Below are positions 21,067-32,244 of a stretch of 64,000 bases of DNA, piece after piece. The position numbers and the translations under genes were made by a program. Under the pieces are notes generated by a model. It was not told the DNA's origin, ran no database searches, and worked only from the letters and a program-made list of their open reading frames with translations. This DNA comes from a virus, in IMG/VR virus record IMGVR_UViG_3300044712_000936, positions 23,170 to 87,169 of that record, one strand, 5' to 3'. Within the stretch, counting starts at the first letter, position 1. Every line of letters starts with the position of its first letter.

Positions 21067-21808
21067 AGCCCAACTCCTTAATCTTCAACAAAACTTCAAC
21101 GGTTGCAAACAGAACATCGTCACTTGTTCTACACACACATTTTCTAGTAATGCGGTTTGTTTGGTCCCGATAAGTAATCAATGTTTTGTAACCCATTTCT
21201 GGCGCATTATTCCTTAACCAGAAGTGAAAGTGCTTGTCATAACCGAGGCGAGTAACCAAATCAACAGATATGGTTATATCCATAGATGTAGGATTGCTGA
21301 TAGTTAACTTCAATTCACGCGGGTGCTTCATGTATTATTCCTTTATAACAAGCATATAATCGATCATAGTACAATTATCTAAATATTGTAAAGCAACTTC
21401 TGATGCATAATCAGCTGAACTAATCTCCGACATCAAGTGGGTAAACAAAGGTTGCCAAAGAGGATGATCACAACCAAATAACTCATTGATCCTATCTTCA
21501 ACAAGCATTTGTAGCTTAACAATAGAATTGATGAGCAAAACTAGATCTTCATCCGTTTCAATCGGCATAGGATAATCTCAACTATAATAAACAGGCCAAC
21601 AACAAGAAAGTGCCTATATATGCACCAATAACACTTACCAGCAGCAGTTTACCGCTTCTTTCATAGTCTTGCATGTTGTTCAAAGGTAAAAAGACAGCCA
21701 CAAAGAACTCTAAGAACAGAGAAGCGATTAGCAGGACAGCGCCAATCCATATCATTGATTGTCTCCTTTTTACAAAGCTTTATGTTCTAGATTTATCGTC
21801 TAGGTATA

Positions 21809-21837
21809 ATTATAAAACAAATCAAGAAGTTTGTCAA
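21809..21837 (-). promoter_or_regulatory. Consensus sigma70/sigmaA promoter
   Basis: TTGACA-17 nt-TATAAT on minus strand. Confidence 0.85.
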
Positions 21838-21838
21838 T

Positions 21839-22705
21839 CTAATTAAAATCAGCAAAGGATAGGATATGAACAATGACATCAGCCGTAAAAGCGTTGCCTA
21901 AACATCTATACCGCTGTGTATCTGATGTTCTTTTACCGTTCGCCCCAAACTCTGTATACCCATCCGGTAAAGTCTGTAGCCGCTCACATTCCACAGGAGT
22001 TAACATCCGAATGACATTCCCCCGATCACTGACCAGGGTTCTAGCCCCTACCGTATTTCCATAAACGATCTGCCTGTGAGATCTGTCCAGGTATTGCTTT
22101 TCGTTTGTTCCCCTGTAATACTGAGCATCAATACACAAAGATTTGTCCCGATCTACGCTATCTCCCTCGAGAATGTCCTTCAGGAGAATATGCTTATCCT
22201 CGGGTTGAGTAACACCCTGTATATTCGTCCAGTAGAGCCGCCTCCGACTTTGAGCACTCACTAACGCACTGTTAATCTTAATTGGCTCTACTCCGATAGC
22301 AGCAGTTATCGTATCACGCCATTCTTTTTTAACTACCGCAATGTTTTCTAAAACAAAATATTTAGGCTGGACTGCCTTTAGTATTCGCAAATACTCATAA
22401 AACAATCCCGAACGATCCCCTGCTAAACCTGCACCCAATCCAGCAGAAGATATATCCTGACAAGGTGAACCACCGATCAACAGATCAATAGGGGGCAGAG
22501 AAGCAACAGTCCTGACATCCCCCAACTGAATAATAGCCGGATGGTTCTTAGCTGAAATCCGCAGAGCATACTTATCAATTTCAGAAGCGTAATAAGTACA
22601 ATCCAGATGGAGACGATCAAGAGCGACCTTAGCTACAGAAATGCCGTCAAATAGACTTAGAACATTAAAAACCATGTGTGTTCTGATTCCATGCTGCATG
22701 ATCAT
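21839..22705 (-). CDS. DNA (cytosine-5) methyltransferase
   Basis: LSLFDGI, GGSPCQ, LENI, QSRRRLYW, LTPVECERLQ, LGNA. Confidence 0.93.
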   Translation of the reverse strand: MIMQHGIRTHMVFNVLSLFDGISVAKVALDRLHLDCTYYASEIDKYALRISAKNHPAIIQLGDVRTVASLPPIDLLIGGSPCQDISSAGLGAGLAGDRSGLFYEYLRILKAVQPKYFVLENIAVVKKEWRDTITAAIGVEPIKINSALVSAQSRRRLYWTNIQGVTQPEDKHILLKDILEGDSVDRDKSLCIDAQYYRGTNEKQYLDRSHRQIVYGNTVGARTLVSDRGNVIRMLTPVECERLQTLPDGYTEFGANGKRTSDTQRYRCLGNAFTADVIVHILSFADFN

Positions 22706-22970
22706 ACTCTATTGCATCAAATAAAGCCCCCCACAAATCATTCTCCGATAGAATATAAATAACAGTCCCATCCCGTTTATGATCAGCAAGGTACTGATCA
22801 GCCTCTTCTTTACTATTAACTATAATAAGGGTAGAGTATTCTTCGTGTGGTGTGCCTGTATCAAAAACAAAGTATCTCATTATAATCTCCTAACTACGTG
22901 GAATGATGTATGGATCACGCTCTGGCACAACAGGACTTCATGTTTTGAACTCTTTTGTCGGTCTTTAAGT

Positions 22971-24026
22971 TCATGAGTTATCTCCGTAAAATTCCAATTT
23001 AATAATATTCTTTCTCCAATCAGGCTTTTGATCCCATATGTCAAACAAACAGGCTGCCCCTTTGGGGTAATTTTTCATAACCCATTGGGCAAAGGTTTTT
23101 CGATCTGTTTTGGGAGCCTGCTCATCATAAGCCATATCTAGTGTATAACGACAATTCATTATCCGATCAACAATCTCTGCATACCACTCTCTGACTTGCT
23201 CCCGATATTCTTCCGGTGCTGTTTTCATGTATTCGTCTATTTTACCATTCTCATAAGCCTTTAATGTATTCTTAAAACTTATTCCAGAAATAAATTTATG
23301 AAGTTCCCTGTACCAGTCTGTTTTAAACTTCCAGCGTGATCCGTCTGAAAACTCTGCTACAAACCCTTCCTGATCTCGCATCATCCCTGTTGCTTCTAAA
23401 ATCTGAGTAATGTTATTAAACACAACATGAGTAGGACGAGTAAATCCCCAATCATAAGCAAACGCATCTACTTCATAAAACGGAATATACCTTCCATCAG
23501 TCGGGTTACGCATAGCCAGCAGAACTAAATCCTCTGCGCCGTGATAGTCCACTACAATCTTGTTGTCGGGATAGACAATTTCAAACAACATCGTTAATTC
23601 GTAAGGAAGCTCACTCAAATTCCAATTTTCATTAAGGTATTCTGTCGCCCACAAAGCCTGATCACTAGTGAATGACCCCCTGGTGGCAATCTTACAGCCG
23701 TTATCTCTATAAAGAATTCCAAGCGATCCATCAACTTTGTCAGTGACCGACACAAGATGTCCAGTAGGATATTTACCAAACTCTCCAAAATTAAAGAACT
23801 TATCAAAGGGACGTGCTACTACTTCTGTTTTATTGACGATCAATCCTCTACTAACTGTCTCAAAGAAGTTCCAGCGGTTAGCATATTGAGCAGCATTTGT
23901 ATAGTTAAACAGATAAATCCCATTTTGTTCAATAACTTTGACATCTCCGTATTGAGACCGGTCATTGAATCCTTGGGCAACGAGACCGATGATGTCTTGA
24001 ATGGAAGTTATTTCTTTGGGTAACAT
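22971..24026 (-). CDS. RNA ligase, T4 Rnl1-like
   Basis: SRGLI, RPFDKFFN, KVDGSLG (motif I KxDG), ATRGSF, FEIVYP.N.IVV.Y, EGFV, KFK. Confidence 0.9.
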   Translation of the reverse strand: MLPKEITSIQDIIGLVAQGFNDRSQYGDVKVIEQNGIYLFNYTNAAQYANRWNFFETVSRGLIVNKTEVVARPFDKFFNFGEFGKYPTGHLVSVTDKVDGSLGILYRDNGCKIATRGSFTSDQALWATEYLNENWNLSELPYELTMLFEIVYPDNKIVVDYHGAEDLVLLAMRNPTDGRYIPFYEVDAFAYDWGFTRPTHVVFNNITQILEATGMMRDQEGFVAEFSDGSRWKFKTDWYRELHKFISGISFKNTLKAYENGKIDEYMKTAPEEYREQVREWYAEIVDRIMNCRYTLDMAYDEQAPKTDRKTFAQWVMKNYPKGAACLFDIWDQKPDWRKNIIKLEFYGDNS

Positions 24027-24065
24027 AAGATTATCCTTAAATACAAGAGTGAACTAATTACAACT

Positions 24066-24094
24066 ATTATAAACTAATTTAGAGAATAAGTCAA
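24066..24094 (-). promoter_or_regulatory. Promoter heading the leftward block
   Basis: TTGACT-17 nt-TATAAT just upstream of the RNA ligase. Confidence 0.75.
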
Positions 24095-24099
24095 TTCTA

Positions 24100-24890
24100 A
24101 TTAGAAAACAAGATGTTTTTCAAACTAATTAGGTGTGCATAAATCTCGGTATAAGCATGTACCGGAAGCCCGCGCACGAGCGAATGAGGCGGTTACTCCC
24201 CTATTAGTAAGCCTAGTTCTGTAATCGGTGTCCTAACACTACGACACAAATAAAATAGGCACGTTGTAATATTGATTCACACAATTACGCTCATTACTCC
24301 ATATTCCGTACATTCTAGGGAGTAATTATAAGCGAAGGATCGCCGCACTAATTCTAGTTTGTATTAGTTACTCTGTGATGTAATTAGATTATTGTTGTGC
24401 AAAATACCCTGGGATTTATATTACAGAATATATAGTGCCATATACTTTGTAATTAGACTACTAATTATTACTTTAAACATATATGAGGAGGAACGTTAAG
24501 ACCGATCCTATTTTGGATACTTAGCATCATAATAGTTAGCTTACTAATCATTAGCTTGCTAACGATCATAGGGTTGGGCCTATATATTCGCTTATCCGAA
24601 TAAGTTATTAATCAGATAGTTCTTATAATAATATAATCAGTCTCATATAGGCCATTGCCCTACACCCTAGATCAGCATTACAGATCAGCCATAGCAGTAC
24701 ACTCTGTTGTGTTGTTTGCTGTCTGTTCTTATGCTCTGTGTGCTTCTCTGTTCTTTGTTTCCTACGATGCCTTTGTGACACTCTACAATGGCCCTATTTG
24801 ACGAGATCCTATATATACGCGCATGGAAAGACCCGTTTAACGCCATTTGTGCGACATATACGATTAGTACCAATTTAACTAACTAAGACA
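24100..24890. other. Non-coding region at the point where transcription diverges
   Basis: No convincing ORF; gene strand switches from minus to plus across it. Confidence 0.7.
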
Positions 24891-25730
24891 GGAGAAAAAC
24901 GGCAACGAAAGACTTTAATCTGATCAAGGCTTGTTTATGGGTTTTGGTGATCTCGATCTTGTATCGTCTCAACATCTTATCGGATGCAAGCGCCACGCTT
25001 ATTTTGTTGTGCATTATCTATATCAAACTGGCGATCTTGTCCGATGTAGTCAAAGGAAAATAACATGATCAAATGGCTGTTTATTCTCGTGATGATTGCC
25101 ATGCTTAACCAGAGCACGGATCAAAAATTCGGTATGAATAAACCTCACTCCGATCTAGACTGGAATCACTCTCAGGAATTCGTGCGCGAAAATGGCGAAA
25201 ACGTTTTGTTTCATTTGTGCCCTCTGTTTAGTCCTGTGTGTGGATAACGAAAGGAATTAAAAATGATCCGCGTAAACTATACCGATCACAAAACCTCAGG
25301 CAGTTTGTTCTTTAAAACTCGTGAGGATCTCAACAAATGGCTGAGTCGTTTCGATCTGAATGCATACTCTCAGATCAAACAGGTTAAAAATGTGACTCAC
25401 GTCAAAAACACCAAACGTCAATTTAAAGCGACAATCGCGTTTGATCGGTAGTTCAAAAATGCATCTGTGATGCTCTCTGATGCCCCTATTTAAGCCGATA
25501 GGGGCAATTCTCATATAAGTAGACAAAGGGAGTAAAACGGCAATGAAAACACCACTAGCGGAATTGAAAGCAGAACTAACACGCACAATTGTTGATATGT
25601 ACAGACAAGCAGCAAAAAAACCCTTGTCAGAAAAATCAAAGGGAGAATTACAAGGTTATGAGAATGTTTTAGCATGGATCGAACTACAAGAGTCAAAGGG
25701 AAAATAAAAACCCTTTGTACAAAGGTTTTT

Positions 25731-25762
25731 GAGTCTACTCTCATAAAGTAGACTCTTTTTTT
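25731..25762 (+). terminator. Intrinsic terminator
   Basis: GAGTCTACT-CTCATAA-AGTAGACTC-TTTTTTT. Confidence 0.8.
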
Positions 25763-26670
25763 GTTTATTGTTTAAATTATTCCCCTCTGTTTTATCTGGT
25801 TTATGGTTTCCCCTATTTCTATCAATAATATTATATATTTATGTCCATCAATATATTTAAAAACAATAACTTATAAGCTTATATTTTTTATGATAAGTGT
25901 TTAAACAAATATATATTTATAGCTATCGATACAATTCTACGATTCTGTGGTAATTAAAATCATCATTATCTAGTTTAATTAGTAAGATATTACAGAATAG
26001 TCCAGTTTCTACTTACACAGATTCAAACTTTTGATATACAAGATCACTATCTTGTTTTTTAACGTGATTTAACATTCGTGAGGGGAGAATCAGATCCCTA
26101 AAACAATTCTAAATACAAAAACAAACTCTTAAAAGACCCTTTACCGATTGTACTGCCCAACAAGGCCGATCTTCGACGTTTTAGGTCTTAACATAGCGGC
26201 CCTCTACAATGCCCCGTACAGCGATTCTAGTGCCCCTGCAAGCGCGGTTATTGATCCTGTAATTAGCTCACAAATAACAACTAGGCCTCATTTGTGAACA
26301 TTGTAAATTTTTTTAAGAGAAAAGACCCAAACAGCCCACAAATAGCGACATTTAAATCAGTACCAATATTGACCAATCAAAACAGGAGAGCAAACGAAAA
26401 TGAACACTGTCAAAGTTTACACAATGGCAACAATGGGCTATATGGCGTTTTTGTTTTTCGTTTTGTTCGTGATTTTCGTCTCAGTGTTCAGTTATGCTAT
26501 TTGGAGCATGTAACCATGAACCTCATTACTCTGATCTGGTTTTTACTCTCTCTGTTGTTTGGACATTTGTCGGATCCGTGCGATTCCCCTGAGGATCATA
26601 GCAACATCGGAATCGGCATTGATTACTACACTTGCCAGCAATAGGGCATAAACAATCGAATAAACAAAGA

Positions 26671-26697
26671 AAAGCCAGCAAAAACTGGCTGTTTTTG
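26671..26697 (+). terminator. Intrinsic terminator
   Basis: AGCCAG-CAAAAA-CTGGCT-GTTTTT. Confidence 0.6.
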
Positions 26698-27297
26698 ATT
26701 CCGCAAATGTAAATTTTTTAGAACACAGGATAAGAAAATGAGAGAGGAAATTAGAACATAAAACGAATTCCGCCTCATAGGGGATTGTGTTGTTTAAAAA
26801 TATCCCCTACAATCTAAGTGTAACAAAGAAAAACAGAATAAGCGTTCTAGGCAAAGGCAAAACGAAAATGTTCAAAATCAACAGAAAATCTAGCAAACCA
26901 CTAGGAAACACACTTAACCAAAGTGAACGAGAATTGCTAGTTGGTCTGATTTTGGGCATCAGAGAAACATACGCTATTGATATGGGCAAATTATCAATGG
27001 AACTAATGAGCACAAAACCAGAGAGAGGGGAACCAATTTCTTATGAGGATTTTATAAGCGCGTTGTACTAAGCCGATCCGGGCAAGACTCAATACGAACA
27101 GATCGCAACCGAACCAAACGACATTAAGACCCGACTCAACCTTAACAATAGAACAGATAACAGGGCAGAAAACACCCTTAATGTAATGGCCCTCTATCGG
27201 ACAAACTACCGAGTCAAAAATTGAAACTTAAACTTACTTTGAAAAGACTCAGCAAAAACTTTAAAATCTGAGTGTAGCAAACAGGAGAGCAAAGGCA

Positions 27298-27954
27298 ATG
27301 ACTCAAACGACACGCGAACTAGTTCGCATAAACCTATCGTCAAAGGACAATGAGATCCAAACGCTTAACGCTATAGCGAACAGCATTAATGCCACAGATC
27401 CTAACTCTTATCTGGCCTCTCTGTTCACTCCTGAGTTTATTTCATGGGTTTCTCAAATGATCCACAGTGACATTATGCCTGATATGGAATCGGCATTAAA
27501 AGCAAACGAAAATAGCGCCCACAAAAACTCAGTTGAACACTCTCAAGCTGAGATCACAATCACAAAGCAAAGCGAATTGATTGACTCTCAGGCAGAAAGA
27601 ATCGAAACATTAACCGAACGGATCGATCTCAAAACATCGGAGATCGATTACCTAAAACGGGAACAGAGAGATCTAGAGATCGCAGGAAAAAAACAGGAGT
27701 TAAAAGAGGCTTTTCACTTGACAGAGAAAGATCTAGAGGTGGTTTGGTTCATGATCAAACGGTACTCGATTTTATATCACACTGATTACCTCTGGCGCGG
27801 TTGGTCACAGTATACGATCCGTAAGCTTGAGAAAAACGGACTAATCGACAACGAACCAGAAAACGGGATCTACAGTCTATCAATGAGGGTTGAACACTGG
27901 ATCACCCAAAACATGACAAGTGAACTATTGTACTCTGTACAGATGTTTGGATAA
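27298..27954 (+). CDS. Coiled-coil protein with possible C-terminal winged helix
   Basis: RBS; heptad-rich middle; TIRKLEKNGLI...GIYSL. Confidence 0.55.
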   Translation: MTQTTRELVRINLSSKDNEIQTLNAIANSINATDPNSYLASLFTPEFISWVSQMIHSDIMPDMESALKANENSAHKNSVEHSQAEITITKQSELIDSQAERIETLTERIDLKTSEIDYLKREQRDLEIAGKKQELKEAFHLTEKDLEVVWFMIKRYSILYHTDYLWRGWSQYTIRKLEKNGLIDNEPENGIYSLSMRVEHWITQNMTSELLYSVQMFG

Positions 27955-28466
27955 TGCCCCTATTTAATGAGGTAGGGGCAGGACAGCATAAACAGCAAAG
28001 GATCCTAATCTGTAGACACTATTCACCCAAAAAACACGACATAAATATAACGACCTGTATCTATAACACGAAAGGAAAAAAATCAAATGCCTAACTTTTT
28101 TAAGACCGTAAAGCACGAATACGAACAGCAAAAAGAAACCAACGCAAAGAATGCGCGTACAATCGCGGAATTGCGCGCCCATTTATCGCATATGATCGAG
28201 TCTTGCAATTCCTCATTGGATGTAATTGATCCGCGTGATGATATTGCATTGGCACAAATGATCACACGGAAAAACACATGTGTTGAGATCCGCTTTCTAT
28301 GATGCCGCAGCAAACGGAGAAACAGAGGAGATCGGCAGGGCATGTAGACGTATAGTGCGCATACTGTCGTAAGATTATTTATTAACTTATATTTCTTTTC
28401 ACTTAGTATTTTTTAATATCCGCATTAAAAATATAGGTTAGCGGATCGGACAAAGGAAAGGCGTAT

Positions 28467-29744
28467 ATGATCTCTGAATTCGAACAAACCTATGAAAATG
28501 ATTATTTTCCATACGAACAGATCAATGATCTGATCTGGGAATGGATACGGCAAAACGATATTAGGCGGGCTTACCTTAACGTTGAATACGCGATGGATAT
28601 TTGCCGCGAAAATTACGGGAAACTTAAGCCCGGTAAAATGATCGCAAACGCGATCAAAAAATTGATCCATATGCGGATCGATCAAATAAGGGAGGACAAT
28701 TACGAGTACCAAAAACCGATTCTTGAAAAATTGGAATCGCTTAAAATCTCTCCTGAGACAGTAACATTTTGGGGCAATGCCATAGCCAACCAACCGAAAG
28801 AAAAAATCACGATCCGTTTAACCTACGGTTGTAAAGGATCTGCACGTGAATACTATCATGTAGGTAGTTGTTGGTGGGGAGGGTATGAAACTAGTAGGGA
28901 TTACTTGGAATCTAGCTATGGCGGAGCAATTCGCGCTTATCGTAATGATGAGATTGTAGGGCGAGTCTGGTTTATTCCCTATAGTGATGGAATCATCCTG
29001 TTTAACGCCTATGGTAAGGGGGAATTAGGGAGAATCGGATCTTGGAGCAACCTACTAAAACGATCCTTTCCTGATTATTTTGTTAGCAAGGTAATGCTGG
29101 AATTCGGGGGGGATCCTGGAGTCTTATTCCAGAATTCAGAGAGCACTAATCTGTACATTGGTCCTAACAAAATCAACGATGAAACGATCAGAATCGATCT
29201 GACTCGTCCTGAGAAATTTAAATACGCCAAAGATTTAACGTTTTGCTCTCATTGCGGGATCCCTATCATCGGCGGATCTGGTTATTCCACAACCGACAAC
29301 GGAGTCATTTGTTACGCTTGTCAGAATCTTTTCTACGCCAGATCACGATCCACAGGGGCATGGATCCCAATTGAAAACGCGATAGAAGTTTATGATGCGT
29401 ACAATGATCGGTACTATGAATCGCCTGACTCGCCTGACATTATCTATGCTAGGGCAATAAACCGTTATGTTTACATTACGGATTACTGGGTGGATGTTTT
29501 TGGTACTGCCCACAGGAGAGGCGCTAGATCCTGCTTCCGTTGTCGCGTCTCTGGTAACATTTATCCTGTAGATCGCTTAGTGTGGACACAGATCGGACCA
29601 GTAGATCGGACCAATTACGATCCTGAGGTTCACGTTTTGGGAATTCCAGAACAACCGCAATATGCACCGAGTCTCAGTTTTGCGGATCGCCAGAATCAAA
29701 TGGCCCTCCGGCGGCAATGGCAACAGTTAACTAGTCTCATGTGA
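28467..29744 (+). CDS. Unknown family YYHxxSCW protein, paralogue 1
   Basis: Core GC.G.A..YYH..SCW...SR...GGAIRAY...GRVWF.P..DG..LFN.YG, then CxxC region. Confidence 0.8.
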   Translation: MISEFEQTYENDYFPYEQINDLIWEWIRQNDIRRAYLNVEYAMDICRENYGKLKPGKMIANAIKKLIHMRIDQIREDNYEYQKPILEKLESLKISPETVTFWGNAIANQPKEKITIRLTYGCKGSAREYYHVGSCWWGGYETSRDYLESSYGGAIRAYRNDEIVGRVWFIPYSDGIILFNAYGKGELGRIGSWSNLLKRSFPDYFVSKVMLEFGGDPGVLFQNSESTNLYIGPNKINDETIRIDLTRPEKFKYAKDLTFCSHCGIPIIGGSGYSTTDNGVICYACQNLFYARSRSTGAWIPIENAIEVYDAYNDRYYESPDSPDIIYARAINRYVYITDYWVDVFGTAHRRGARSCFRCRVSGNIYPVDRLVWTQIGPVDRTNYDPEVHVLGIPEQPQYAPSLSFADRQNQMALRRQWQQLTSLM

Positions 29745-29806
29745 GATTAGTTCGCTATCTCTCTAGCCTCTCTCAGGAGAGGATATTCTATTTTATCTCA
29801 GTGTTG

Positions 29807-29910
29807 TGTAAGCTTCTGTAATGCCCTACAATGGCCCTAATTAGGGAGATCGGTAGAAAACCACCTAAACAAGCATATCGCGTTAAATAGGGGCATTACA
29901 GAGGCTTACA
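29807..29910. repeat. 20-bp inverted repeat built from the AATGCCC(C)T family
   Basis: TGTAAGCTTCTGTAATGCCC (29807-29826) pairs with GGGCATTACAGAGGCTTACA (29891-29910), one G-U. Confidence 0.8.
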
Positions 29911-30495
29911 GGGGCATTGTAGAAACAATTCAACACACAAAACTTAAGAGAGGGGTACAAAACTGGCTGTTTTTGTTCATGCTCTCCTGAGACGCTAAGG
30001 TAAGCAATTCAACACTGGCATAGATCCCAGGGTAATTTTTGGCCTATCCTGAGATGCTAAAATAGGCCTCACAATGCCCTACAATGCCCCCGTTTGATAG
30101 GTGCATGGTAGTTGATACCACTATATAACTGATCGCCCCGTTTTGGGGCATTTGATCGCGTTTTCTTTCTCTCAACTATAGAATAGGTGCAATATGTTTA
30201 GAACCATTAAAACAGAAAAAATTACAGAAAAAAGAATTCGGCTTAATTTCTATTTAAATAACGCTTATATGGGTTATTATGAGGCTTTGCCTTATATGGC
30301 GATAAGTGAACTACTAATACGTATTAACAAAGGCTATACGCTAGTAGAAGACTCAGCCCTACTAGTTAGCCCGAAAAGCACCTACGGGATTGACGAAAAT
30401 TCCCGGCCTTAATTTGTCAAATAGACATGATAAATATACCCACAAAAATGAGATCGGCCCATTCTGATTCCGGCCTATTAAGATCGATCTAACGG

Positions 30496-30655
30496 ATCGG
30501 CGTGCAACGTAGGGGACTCGGCGTGTAAATTTAAAACGGCAATGAGAGGGAACAGCGTGCAAAGATCCGGCCTAATTGACTCATACTATGGAATCGGCGT
30601 GCAACTTTTCGGCACTTTCGGCGTGCAAAGAACGACTAAAGAATCAGCGTGCAAA
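30496..30655 (+). repeat. Cluster of direct repeats C(G/A)GCGTGCAA (iteron-like)
   Basis: CGTGCA cores at 30501, 30556, 30598, 30622, 30648 plus variant CGTGTA at 30522. Confidence 0.85.
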
Positions 30656-30756
30656 CCCTAGTAATAGAGGTGGAGGGTTGGGAATTGTATATATATACAT
30701 AGAAAATGCTTTTCCTTGTCCAATGGATTGCCTATATAGTATATATAGATATATAG

Positions 30757-30836
30757 AACCTTTAAAAGAACAGTATAAAAGATCAAAACCTTTAAAAAGG
30801 AATCAGATCTTAGATCAATATAGAAAACCTTTAAAA
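30757..30836 (+). repeat. Three AACCTTTAAAA repeats in a very AT-rich tract
   Basis: Copies at 30757, 30787, 30826. Confidence 0.8.
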
Positions 30837-32244
30837 GAAATAAGAATAGATCAAATACATTGACTCTATAATTAGAATATGATACAGTATATCTAAAAGA
30901 ACACTATTAAAAACGAAAGGTTTAATATAAATGGACATCGTAAAAATTATCGAATATCACGATAAGATTATAATGCACACTATTCTGTATAATGCTCCTG
31001 AATCAGTATGTGAAATTTCAAGAAAAGAATTGTATATGATTCAACGGCAATTATCTAAATGGTGGGTTACATCTTATACAGTAGAGTCAGATAAGACTAC
31101 TACAATATATGAAAGGTATTAATATTATGATCGAAACCGCCGCAATTATAAATGATATTAATAAGCGCATTGCTGAACAGCATAAACTGATTCAATTTTA
31201 CCGTATGACATTATATGTCAATTTTAGCGGTGCATGTAAGATCGTATTGCGCTCCAAACAACAGAAAAAAGTTGTTATTAATGTGACATATTCTTATATG
31301 TCTGATGCGACCAGAGGAGCGGAAATATTAAACAAATTAAAGCCGCATATTAGAATTATTATGCGGGATAATATTGTTAAGGGTATGATTATTACTTATC
31401 GGCTGTCCGTTAATTATATCTTTATTCATTCCGTTAATTAATTGATTTTCCTTAACAAAATAACCGCTTGCTTTTTTAGCAATGTGGTATATAATCTAAT
31501 TAAAGCAGATGAATTAACAATTACCAATTATTCAGCTATATAATACTCGTTTAAGTAGTTACTATTTGAACAGATCCGGAGTAGTGAACCGGGCGTAATT
31601 GCGAAATATCTGCTTTTTTATACTTATTATTTGGCTTATCTTCCGGCATTATTATGAGGACAAGCAAATGATCACAAATCAGGATATTGTCGTAGTTCTG
31701 TGTTCGTTTTTCACTGTGGGCTTTTGCTCCTGTCTAACCTATGTAGCGTTAAAGTCAATCAACCTGTTAAAACGCAAACACAAAAAAGAATTGGCAGAAA
31801 AACAGGCGGAGATCGACGCATTGTATAAGGAATTATGGGCTGTTACTTTGCTGTACCATAGTGCCCCTGTTATTGTTGGCAAAGATCAAAAATTGCCTTT
31901 GGGCAAGATTCAAAAAGCTAACGGTACAATGCGCGAGGTTACAATCGGCGGCAAACGGTACATAGGACTAGAAAGTGAGATCCAGGCATACAGTAAGGGT
32001 AAAACTAAGGTATGCCGATCCTATTGGGAATGGTCGAGTCGCCAAAACTGGAAAGAAGTGCATACTGAATATCTGATGGTTGATGAATCAGATGTTGCTA
32101 AGAGTTTTGTGCATGCAGACAGTACCCATTGTTACAAAGACTCTGTTGTCGATGTTTTGGAATTGGTGAAAAACTAAGTCCCTTTGTGCAAAGCTTTAGC
32201 GACTAAACTAGTGTACAGTATAGCATGAAAGGCAAAGGATACCG

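Noticed and set aside
24702-24762. A-depleted, T-rich strand-asymmetric tract
   Set aside because: Real, but has no structure or repeat unit that lets me assign or test a function
30496-30836. CRISPR array; also the 30576-30863 ORF
   Set aside because: Repeats are only about 10 bp with irregular spacing and no cas genes; the ORF is a low-complexity read-through of the repeats
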